Shown piece by piece: positions 55,316 through 64,000 of a DNA stretch of 64,000 bases (position 1 is its first letter; every line of letters begins with the position of its first letter). Under the pieces are notes generated by a model. It was not told the DNA's origin and ran no database searches. It saw nothing but the letters and a program-made list of their open reading frames with translations. The stretch is from assembly GCA_963807635.1 (NCBI GenBank), contig CAWEDJ010000036.1, positions 20,332 to 84,331 on the forward strand, read 5' to 3'. This DNA comes from an uncultured cyanobacterium (lineage in GTDB: Bacteria > Cyanobacteriota > Cyanobacteriia > Cyanobacteriales > Microcystaceae). Both the position numbers and the translations under genes were made by a program.

Positions 55316-55645
55316 CTTCCACCCGTAATAGATATCAAATGGAATAGTAGTGCGATCACCTCTCTTTCAGATTGATTTGACGAAAAAACACCTAACATCC
55401 CAGAAAGATAAAACGAAAAGACATCCTATAGAATCGGTTAACACACACAATCAAGTTTATCAATGCGATCGCGTTTCCTATTCTGTTTTTATAAACTGTG
55501 ATCATCGCTTGTTAGGTTCATTACTCAACGAGTCTTTTTAATTTCTCAGACATCCCAATCACGAAGTTTACGTTATAATTGTTTGTAAAATCATTTTTAA
55601 TATTTATTACTCCAAAATACTCGAAAATCATTAACTTAATCAGTC

Positions 55646-55844
55646 ATGACAATCTACCGAAATCAAAACAGCTGTAATGAATCTTAACAAAACTGAGTTA
55701 AGTGAACTGCTTGATTGGCTAGAGGAATATCAAGAATCTCTTTGGGATAAACAGATAGAAGACGATATGCAAGCAGGGAAATTAAATTCTTTAATCGAAA
55801 AAGCCAAGAAAGAATTTAGAGAAGGAAAATGTCGTCAATTCTAA
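55646..55844 (+). CDS. Putative antitoxin (absent from the ORF track; open frame 55677-55844, possible frameshift near 55655)
   Basis: TEIKTAVMNLNKTELSELLDWLEEYQESLWDKQIEDDMQAGKLNSLIEKAKKEFREGKCRQF*; overlaps the toxin start. Confidence 0.7.
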
Positions 55845-56104
55845 ATCACTTCACGACATCTGATTTCTGGGCAATGTATTATCAACTTCCTAAAAAGATA
55901 CGAGATTTGGCTGATAAAAACTATGCTCTTCTCAAAGAAAATCCTAGACATCCATCATTACACTTTAAGAAAATTGACGATCTCTGGTCAGTGCGAGTCA
56001 GCAAACAGTTTAGAGCATTAGGATTTGAAGAACCTGAAGGTATTGTTTGGTTTTGGATTGGCTCTCATCAAGAATATGATAAGATTTTAAAGAAAAACAG
56101 TTAA
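55829..56104 (+). CDS. ParE/RelE-like toxin
   Basis: FWAMYYQLP, NPRHPSLHFKKI, WSVRV, WFWIGSHQEYDK. Confidence 0.8.
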   Translation: MSSILNHFTTSDFWAMYYQLPKKIRDLADKNYALLKENPRHPSLHFKKIDDLWSVRVSKQFRALGFEEPEGIVWFWIGSHQEYDKILKKNS

Positions 56105-56322
56105 TTTAAAAAGAAATAGTTAAGTGCAATCACCAATTCATAGTACGATCGCCGATCTGTCGGCTGAATTGACAATGGGAAACCCAATATCTCAGAACAT
56201 TAAAGCGATCGCACTATGCAGCGTTCAGAGGAAATAAACTGCCTTCGCTCAATGGGGATAGATCCTCAGTAAAAATCTAATTTCTTGGGGGAATGACAAC
56301 AATTCACTGAGACTGACTGAAA

Positions 56323-57498
56323 TTAACCCACAGCAGTTAAACGAAAAGCCGCACCTAAACCTGCCGACATTTCAGCAACCGTAATTTTGCCATCGTGATC
56401 GCTGTCCAAAGCATCAAAAACTGCATCAATACCAGCCCACTCCTCGCGGGTAATAAAACCATCTCCATCTAAATCGTAGGCATGGAAAATATCCTCGGCG
56501 GCATGAGTGACAATTTCCGCACCTTCGAGGCGAGTTAACCGTTCTTGGAGGAGATGTTCTAAGGCTTCCAAGGCTTTCGTGAAACCTGCAATACCTTCGG
56601 CTAATTTCTCATTTGCCATTGCATTTTCAGCGTGCATTTTTTCAAAAGTCACTTGATCCAGGTCGATTTTCGTAATACTTTGATCAACCTTTGCTGGATC
56701 TAATTTACGGACAAGGGTTTCTTCTGTCGATCGCAATTGATCCAATAACTTAGGGGAAATTGTTAAAAGGTCACAACCCGCTAATTCAATAATTTCACCA
56801 ATATTACGGAAGCTCGCCCCCATTACCTCGGTTTTGTAGCCAAATTTTTTGTAATAGTTGTAAATCGTGGTAACAGATTGCACGCCAGGATCTTCCGTTG
56901 CCGAATAATCCTTGCCCGTTTCCTTGACGTACCAATCTAAAATACGCCCCACAAAAGGAGAAATCAGGGTAACACCCGCCTCAGCACAGGCGATCGCTTG
57001 ATGAAGTCCGAATAAGAGAGTGAGATTACAGTGAATACCTTCTTTTTCCAAAGATTCTGCCGCCTTGATGCCTTCCCAGGTGGAAGCAATTTTAATCAAA
57101 ATGCGATCGCGAGAAATGCCTGCCGCTTCGTATTGACCAATTAAATAATGGGCTTTTTCAATCGTGGCTTGGGTATCATAGGACAGTCTCGCGTCAACTT
57201 CCGTTGAAACCCGTCCTGGAATAATTTCTAGAATTTTAAGACCAAAAGAAACCGCCAAACGGTCAAAGGCAAGGGTCACAACATCGGATAGTGAGGCACT
57301 GCTTCCTAATTCCTTTCGCGCTTTTTTGAGGGTATCATCAACAATTTCCTGATATTGGGGCATTTGAGCCGCCGCCGTGATCAGAGAGGGATTGGTCGTA
57401 GCATCACGGGGCGTAAAAGTTTCGATCGCTTGAATATCACCTGTATCTGCGACAACGACCGTCATCGTCTTGAGTTGATCGAGTAAGTTTTGAGTCAT
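56323..57498 (-). CDS. tal: Transaldolase with C-terminal EF-hand pair
   Basis: [47 protein letters not shown] and [12 protein letters not shown]. Confidence 0.97.
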   Translation of the reverse strand: MTQNLLDQLKTMTVVVADTGDIQAIETFTPRDATTNPSLITAAAQMPQYQEIVDDTLKKARKELGSSASLSDVVTLAFDRLAVSFGLKILEIIPGRVSTEVDARLSYDTQATIEKAHYLIGQYEAAGISRDRILIKIASTWEGIKAAESLEKEGIHCNLTLLFGLHQAIACAEAGVTLISPFVGRILDWYVKETGKDYSATEDPGVQSVTTIYNYYKKFGYKTEVMGASFRNIGEIIELAGCDLLTISPKLLDQLRSTEETLVRKLDPAKVDQSITKIDLDQVTFEKMHAENAMANEKLAEGIAGFTKALEALEHLLQERLTRLEGAEIVTHAAEDIFHAYDLDGDGFITREEWAGIDAVFDALDSDHDGKITVAEMSAGLGAAFRLTAVG

Positions 57499-57718
57499 GG
57501 TAAATTGGAGATAGAGCTAACAATTTTTACTATAAACCGATTTTAAAAATCAGTCAGAAATATTCTCTTTTTTGGTGATTCTTAATAAGAATTTAACTTT
57601 CTTTTTCAACGTTGGCCTGCTTGTGGAGGATTCCTTAATACTTTGTTTTTGAGAAAAATTTTTGCTATGGTATAAATACAGACTGCGATCAACTGAAAAC
57701 AAATTATTCTTATCTATT

Positions 57719-58123
57719 ATGAAAAAACGAGTTACCCTTTCCTTTCCTCGACGCGCTATTCAAATGCCAATTACCTACCGATTGGCCAAAGATTTTAATG
57801 TCGCGGCTAATATTATTCGCGCCCAAATAGCCCCTAATCAGGTCGGGAAATTGGTTCTAGAATTGTCGGGAGATATTGACCAATTAGAGGCATCGATTGA
57901 GTGGATGCGATCGCAGGAAATTAATGTTTCTTTGGCCAGTCGAGAAATTGTGATCAATGAAAATAGTTGTGTCGATTGTGGACTCTGTACGGGAGTTTGT
58001 CCAACGGAAGCTCTGATTCTTGATCCCGAAACTTTTAAGTTGAACTTTCGGCGATCGCGTTGTGTAGTTTGTGAGCAATGTATTCCTGCTTGTCCTGTAC
58101 AGGCGATTTCTACGAATTTTTAG
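57719..58123 (+). CDS. NIL-domain 2[4Fe-4S] ferredoxin
   Basis: Two CxxCxxCxxxCP motifs after an N-terminal NIL domain (ANIIRA). Confidence 0.9.
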   Translation: MKKRVTLSFPRRAIQMPITYRLAKDFNVAANIIRAQIAPNQVGKLVLELSGDIDQLEASIEWMRSQEINVSLASREIVINENSCVDCGLCTGVCPTEALILDPETFKLNFRRSRCVVCEQCIPACPVQAISTNF

Positions 58124-58124
58124 C

Positions 58125-59312
58125 CTAAAGCTCAGTATCATGAGTTCTTTGGGCTAACTCTTCTCGTTCTTGGATCACTTCGGGATCTTCTGCCAAACTT
58201 GGATAGGTAATCACCCGACGTTGCAATCCCAACAGCGATCGCAATTGTTCCCAGCCCGTTTCCTTGATCCAACCGACTAATCCATTGGGCAGAACTGTCA
58301 CCACAATTAAAAATAAGGCTCCCTGAAAGAATAACCAAACTTCAGGAAATTTCTCACTTAAGGAAGTTTGTCCCAGTCTTACCAATAACGTCCCAATAAT
58401 TGCGCCAATTAACGTTGCTCTTCCCCCCACCGCGACCCAAATTACCATTTCAATCGAAAAAGCCACTTCCATCAAACTCGGTGTAATAATTCCCGTTTGT
58501 ACCGTATATAAAGCCCCTGCAATTCCTGCGATCGCTCCTGAAATGGCAAATACTAAAACCTTAAAGCCAGTGGGATCATAACCTGTAAAACGAACACGAG
58601 TTTCATCATCTCGAATTGCTACTAATAATCGTCCAAAACGTCCAGTTGTTAACCAACGACAAAGCAAATAAATCAGAATAATTCCTAAAATAGTTGCTTC
58701 ATAAAAACCCAATTGAACTTGGGGAGAACTAGCCAACATTCCAAAGAAAGTTTGAGTATCGGTTTTTAAGCCATTGGTTCCATTAATTAATTTTTGTTGA
58801 CCATTGAAAAAATTATAGAAAACGAGTAACGCCGCCTGGGTCAAAATCGAAAAATAAACGCCCTTAATGCGATTCCGAAAAATGAGATAACCCAAAAAGC
58901 CAGCGATTAAAGCAGGGATAATAATGATTGCTAAAAGAGTGATGGGAAAGGAATAAAACGGTTGCCAAACCCAAGGAAGTTCATTAACTCCATATAAACT
59001 AAAAAATTCTGGCAATTGTCCCGCAGGTAACTGTAAATTGAGATACATTGCCAAACAATAACCCCCTAAAGCAAAGAAGATGCCATGACCTAAGCTTAAA
59101 AGTCCCGTATAACCCCAAATCAAATCAACACCTAATGCAACAATCGTTAAAGATAGAAAACGACCAAATAAACGGAGTCGAAAAGTGGGTAATACTAGGG
59201 GTAAAATCACCGCAAAAATTAAAATGACACCGACAATAATAGCCCCTTCAATCAAAAGCTTCTGTTTTTTCTGTTGCCGCTTGGAAACGCTAATTTCTGG
59301 ATTGGTAGTCAT
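58125..59312 (-). CDS. urtC: Urea ABC transporter permease
   Basis: DLIWGYTGLLSLGHG, RIKGVYFSILTQA, AIRDDETRVRFTGY. Confidence 0.93.
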   Translation of the reverse strand: MTTNPEISVSKRQQKKQKLLIEGAIIVGVILIFAVILPLVLPTFRLRLFGRFLSLTIVALGVDLIWGYTGLLSLGHGIFFALGGYCLAMYLNLQLPAGQLPEFFSLYGVNELPWVWQPFYSFPITLLAIIIIPALIAGFLGYLIFRNRIKGVYFSILTQAALLVFYNFFNGQQKLINGTNGLKTDTQTFFGMLASSPQVQLGFYEATILGIILIYLLCRWLTTGRFGRLLVAIRDDETRVRFTGYDPTGFKVLVFAISGAIAGIAGALYTVQTGIITPSLMEVAFSIEMVIWVAVGGRATLIGAIIGTLLVRLGQTSLSEKFPEVWLFFQGALFLIVVTVLPNGLVGWIKETGWEQLRSLLGLQRRVITYPSLAEDPEVIQEREELAQRTHDTEL

Positions 59313-59373
59313 ATTCTTTTGGATATTTTAACGGGTTCAATTGGGCGTAAGCCTTACGCTACGGTGGAAATGA

Positions 59374-60537
59374 TTAAAGTTCAGCAGTACGTCCTTTGGG
59401 GGGGAAAATGCCTGCGGGTTTCACTTGTAAGAATAAAATAATCAGGGCAAAAATCATTACCTTTGACATACTGGTTGTGGCAAAAAAAGTAAAGAAATCT
59501 ACGATTGATTTAAAAATACCATCGGGAGGCAGAATCAAAGCAAACGTACCACTTCCTACTAAATAACTTAAAATACCGATCGCCATAGCCGCAATGATGG
59601 TTCCTAATAAGTTACCCACTCCGCCTACGACCACAACCATAAAAGTGTCCACAATATAGTTTTGTCCCGTATTCGCCGACTGATCCTAAAAAGCTAATGG
59701 CACAGCCCGCAATTCCTGCTAAACCTGAACCGATCGCAAAGGTTAGGGCATCCACTTGAGCGGTTGGAATCCCTAAACAAGCACTCATGGTTCGGTTTTG
59801 AGTAACAGAACGAATACGTAAACCCCAGTTAGAGCGATTAAAAAAGAAATAAACGCCGACAATGCAGAGAATAGTCAGAATAATAATAAAAATTCGGGTA
59901 TAAGGTAACTGGAAGTCTCCCAAGGGTAATCCCCCGCGCAACCAAGCAGGAGCGGTGACATCCACATTTCTCGCGCTAAACCAAGGACGAATCAGGCTAT
60001 CTTGTTTAGTTTGATTAATCAGTAATCCCGTCACCGTTGCGATCGCACCCGACAAAAAAATAAATAATACCCTAGCTTTTCCCCGAATTTGTTCCCAATC
60101 TGGGCGACGACTGAGAAACCACATTCCTCCGAAATATAATCCACAAAAAACTGCGATCGCAATCACTAATAATCCATTCACACTGCGAACAAACTGCTGC
60201 AAAATCAAACTTACGCCCAGGTCGCCAATAAAGTTTCCAATGGTCGCCCATAGAGATAACGGATAACTCCCTTTTCTAAAATTAATCCCGCTATTCCTGC
60301 CACCAAAAAAGCCATCGGCAACGCGGCTAAAATATATAGACTAAAAAAAGGTTCTCCCAAGGGTTTAAAAACATTCTGAACCACATAAGTTGTATAGGCT
60401 CCTAGCATGATTAACTCGCCGTGAGCCAGATTAATCACTCCCATTAAACCAAAGACAATCGCCAATCCCAACGCCGCAATCAGCAACACTGAGCCAATAC
60501 TTAAGCCATTGAATAAACCTTCTAATATTGCAGACAT
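59374..60537 (-). CDS. urtB: Urea ABC transporter permease; apparent frameshifts near 60216 and 59676
   Basis: FGLMGVINLAHGE, LYGRPLETLLATW, TFAIGSGLAG, DTFMVVVVGGVG across three ORF pieces. Confidence 0.9.
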
Positions 60538-60889
60538 CTTTCTATTTTTCCTGTAAATTTATGTAGATTTAATCGATATTTTTATCTTGCAAAAATTAAT
60601 AATACAATTTGTCTGTTTATATCACTACTGTTATTCTGGTGGGGATAACCGCGATCGCATTCTAGTTAATTGATTTTATTCATGTAGAAAGTTAAAGCCA
60701 GGTTAAAAAAATAGTAAAACCCGTTCTAAGTTTTTATGGGACAAGACAAATAGAACTCTTGGATAAGCTGTTATGGATTTAGATTGCATAATGATTCTTT
60801 TAACAAGGGGCTTAAGCCCCTTGCCTGTATGCGTTTTAAATAATTAACAACTTACAAGTTCTCCTGCTAAAATAAATCCCCATTAGGAA

Positions 60890-62234
60890 TTATTTTTTCA
60901 TTGCTGCATCCTTAAATTTACCAGGAGTTTCGGGGGGCTTAATATCAGTGCGTGTCCAATCGCAAGAATAACCTTTGGTTTCAGGGACAAACTGGTTCCA
61001 GGGAATCGGAACAACGGGGCCTTCAGTTGCCCAAACAATATCAAAAAGGGCATCTTTATTAACTTCACCAATGCGAACAGTTTTAGAAATGTGATGATTG
61101 GGATACATCTTGACTGCCCATTGGGTGCATCTAATTCTTGACCGATCGCCGCTAAACGGACTTTATCCAAGTCATCCGCAACGCCCGCTTTTTCAACGGC
61201 TTGTTTCCAGAGATAAACGGCAATATAGGCCGCTTCTGCTGGATCATTAGTTACCCGATTTTCACCATATTTGGCTTTAAAGGCCTTCACAAATTTCTCG
61301 TTGGCAGGAGATTTAACAGTTTGAAAATAATTCCAGGCTGCGTATTGACCTAAAAGATATTCAACCCCAATTTGTTGAACTTCTTCTTCGGCAATACTGA
61401 CAGAAAGAACGGGATATTTATCAGGATTTAATCCCGCCGCTTGAATTTGTTTAAAGAAAGCAACGTTACTATCCCCATTAAGGGTATTGAAAATCACCCC
61501 ACCTTTCGGTAAAGCTTGTTTAATTTTAGTGATAATAGGAGTGACTTCCGTATTGCCCAGGGGTAAATAGTCTTCTCCAACCGTTTTACCACCTTTTACT
61601 TTTAATTGCTCTTTGATAATGGTATTTGCAGTACGGGGGAAAACATAGTCTGAGCCGACCAAGAAAAATTCTTTGCCCTTATTTTTGAGCAACCATTCGA
61701 CCGCAGGTTCAATTTGTTGGTTATCAGCCGCGCCCTTGTAGAAAATATTCTTAGAACATTCTTGACCTTCGTATTGAACGGGATACCACAACATATGGTT
61801 TTTCGATTCAAAAACGGGTAACATCGCCTTGCGACTGGCAGAAGTCCATCCCCCAAAAACGACAACGACTTTATCTTGATCAATCAGTTTAGTGGCTTTT
61901 TCGGCGAAAGTCGGCCAAATCTGATGCACCATCTTCCTTGATTGGTTCAATTTTTTTGCCTAAAACACCACCTGCCGCATTAATTTCTTCGATCGCGAGC
62001 ATTTCGGCATCAACCACAGTGGTTTCACTAATGGCCATGGTTCCACTGAGTGAATGCAGGATTCCGACCTTGATGGTATCTCCGCCCCCCGTTGCCGCAG
62101 GACTAGCGGCTGTTTCAGGAGAAGTGGTAGCAGTAGGAGTTTCCCCCGCCTCCACAGGCTTTCAGCAACACACTTGTACCGAGGGTTGCAGAGCCGTAGA
62201 GTAAAAATTTTCGTCTTCCTAATCGACTGTTCAT
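60890..62234 (-). CDS. urtA: Urea ABC transporter substrate-binding lipoprotein; about three apparent frameshifts
   Basis: Tat/lipoprotein leader [14 protein letters not shown]...[39 protein letters not shown]. Confidence 0.92.
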
Positions 62235-62303
62235 GATAATGATTGATTAACCTCTTAAAAATTTGAGTAAAACCGATTGGTGGGGAGAAAGTCTCCGTAT
62301 CAG

Positions 62304-62345
62304 AGATTAAGGTGATTTACCACCACAAATTGTTGTTTGTAATAC
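62304..62345 (-). promoter_or_regulatory. NtcA-activated promoter of urtA
   Basis: Minus strand GTA-N8-AAC (62345-62332), 22-nt spacer, then -10 box TAATCT (62309-62304); fits GTA-N8-TAC-N22-TAN3T with one mismatch. Confidence 0.75.
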
Positions 62346-62389
62346 CAAAAAAAACAAACTGTTATTTGAAAACTTAATTATAGGCGGAT

Positions 62390-62981
62390 TTAGACTAGAT
62401 GATGCTTAACAAAATCAATTATCCCAGATAGTCCCTGATTTTCCTTTAAATTGGTGAAAATAAAGGGTTTATTGCCCCGCATTTTTTTTGCATCCCGTTC
62501 CATGACCCCTAAATCGGCACCAACGAAAGGAGCAAGGTCAATTTTGTTAATCACTAATAAATCGGATTTATAATCCCTGGCCCGCCTTTTCGAGGAATTT
62601 TGTCCCCTGCGCAACATCAATCACATAAAGGGTTAAATCAACCAGTTCAGGGCTAAAGGTCGCGGCTAAATTATCTCCGCCACTTTCCAGAAAGACGAGA
62701 TCTAGGGGGTTAAACCGTATTTCGAGTTGGTCGATCGCCGCTAAATTCATCGACGCATCTTCTCAAATGGCCGTATGGGGACAACCGCCTGTTTCTACTC
62801 CTAAAATGCGATCGCGACTGAGAGCTGGGAACGTACTAAAAATTCCGCATCTTCATGGGTATAAATATCATTGGTCACAACGGCAATTTGATAACTGTCC
62901 CGAAGAGCCTTACATAAAGCATCCAACAGCGCGGTCTTCCCCGATCCCACAGCCCGCAATTCCCACTCTTAACGCGGTCAT
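62390..62981 (-). CDS. ureG: Urease accessory GTPase; several apparent frameshifts
   Basis: [42 protein letters not shown] in successive frames. Confidence 0.92.
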
Positions 62982-63152
62982 ATTCAACAATCCTTTGCAA
63001 ATTAGCAGATATTAGTTTAACTCAGACCGTTTGATCTTTTGGGTAACTATTAAAAATAACTTGACCGTATAGGACTTTAAAGGGTGTCCCGAAATATATA
63101 AAAATTTTATTTCCCCAATTGTCACTAATCGCGCTATAGTTAATAAAGACGA

Positions 63153-63226
<74 letters not shown>

Positions 63227-63245
63227 TTAGTTAATTATTTATCGA

Positions 63246-63276
63246 AAAAGCCTAGCCTTCAAAAGTTAGGTTTTTT
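63246..63276 (+). terminator. Probable terminator after the tRNA
   Basis: AAAAGCCTAGC...GTTAGGTTTTTT stem plus T tract. Confidence 0.55.
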
Positions 63277-63320
63277 GGATTCTAACCAGAAATTTCCCCA
63301 GACCTCTACACTAGAAGATG

Positions 63321-63724
63321 GAGAGAGTAGGCGAGGTGGTTGCGGGTTGCTTCGGAATCTGAGGAAAGTCCGGGCTCCCGAAAGACCAAACTTGCTGGGT
63401 AACGCCCAGTGCGGGTGACCGTGAGGACAGTGCCACAGAAACATACCGCCGAGGCATCGGGCTTGCCTGTTGGCACAGGTAAGGGTGCAAAGGTGCGGTA
63501 AGAGCGCACCAGCAGCATCGAGAGGTGCTGGCTCGGTAAACCCCGGTTGGGAGCAAGGCCGCAGGGAGAACGGTTGGTCTTTTTACCAGTCCCGCTTAAT
63601 TAGAGCCGCTTGAGGTGTCTGGTAACAGGCTATCCCAGATAGATATCTCCCCTTTGAACTGAGTGTTTATCTTTTGATGGGTTGGCTGGCGGAGAACAGA
63701 ACCCGGCTTATGTCTAACTCTCTC
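63321..63724 (+). ncRNA. rnpB: RNase P RNA, class A
   Basis: GAGGAAAGTCCGGGC and AACAGAACCCGGCTTA conserved regions; terminal pairing GAGAGAGT / ACTCTCTC; TACACT -10 box at 63307-63312. Confidence 0.96.
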
Positions 63725-63790
63725 TTTAATTTTTTTGTTAAATTTGTTGTTGGTTTTCCGATCGCTGTGGAGTAGTGAAAACTGTTGGCT

Positions 63791-64000
63791 ATGAATCTTG
63801 ATCCCCGCCGTCTGAAACAACTACAAACCCTCGTCCTAAAATTAGGATTGCCCAAGGATGCGCCTGTCAATTGGCAATTACTGGATTTGGGATTAACCCC
63901 ATCCTAGTGTGTCGGCGAAGGATAATTATCAACAACTCGAATTTGTGGGAGATGCGGTGGTGAGATTGGCGGCTGGGCGGAGGTTTTACTCGAAAATTAT
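63791..64000 (+). CDS. rnc: Ribonuclease III, 5' part (runs off window; contains indels)
   Basis: MNLDPRRLKQLQTLVLKLGL...WQLLDLGLT, then NYQQLEFVGDAVVRLAA resembling the RNase III signature. Confidence 0.8.

Noticed and set aside
56323..56500. EF-hands fused to transaldolase as a novelty
   Set aside because: Already known in cyanobacterial transaldolases.

Overview
Cyanobacterial chromosomal window (abundant HIP1 octamer GCGATCGC; gene content similar to unicellular Synechocystis/Microcystis-like taxa). Core genes: narB (partial), acsF, fumC, ilvD, purD, proB, tal, an ECF sigma/anti-sigma/Spy operon, urtABC with an NtcA-type promoter, ureG, tRNA-fMet, rnpB and the start of rnc. Accessory content: (i) an IS5-family element preceded by two exact 764-bp truncated copies of itself, joined at a TANNTA site; (ii) a ~28-kb surface-glycan locus (13.3-40.8 kb) rich in FkbM-type and C-methyltransferases, multidomain glycosyltransferases and GT-C-like membrane proteins, whose left arm is HIP1-poor and bounded by IS remnants; (iii) a coupled ABC-type ATPase + TOPRIM-like gene pair (candidate PARIS/OLD-like defence system), my best candidate for an uncharacterised system; (iv) a hicB gene followed by an apparent in-frame hicA'-proB fusion; (v) a ParE/RelE-like toxin-antitoxin pair and several MITEs and short repeats. 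Many genes carry 1-2 nt frameshifts that cluster at GGNCC and CCWGG motifs and towards the right end, most likely long-read sequencing errors rather than pseudogenes. All product calls come from motif recognition by eye; no database searches were run.
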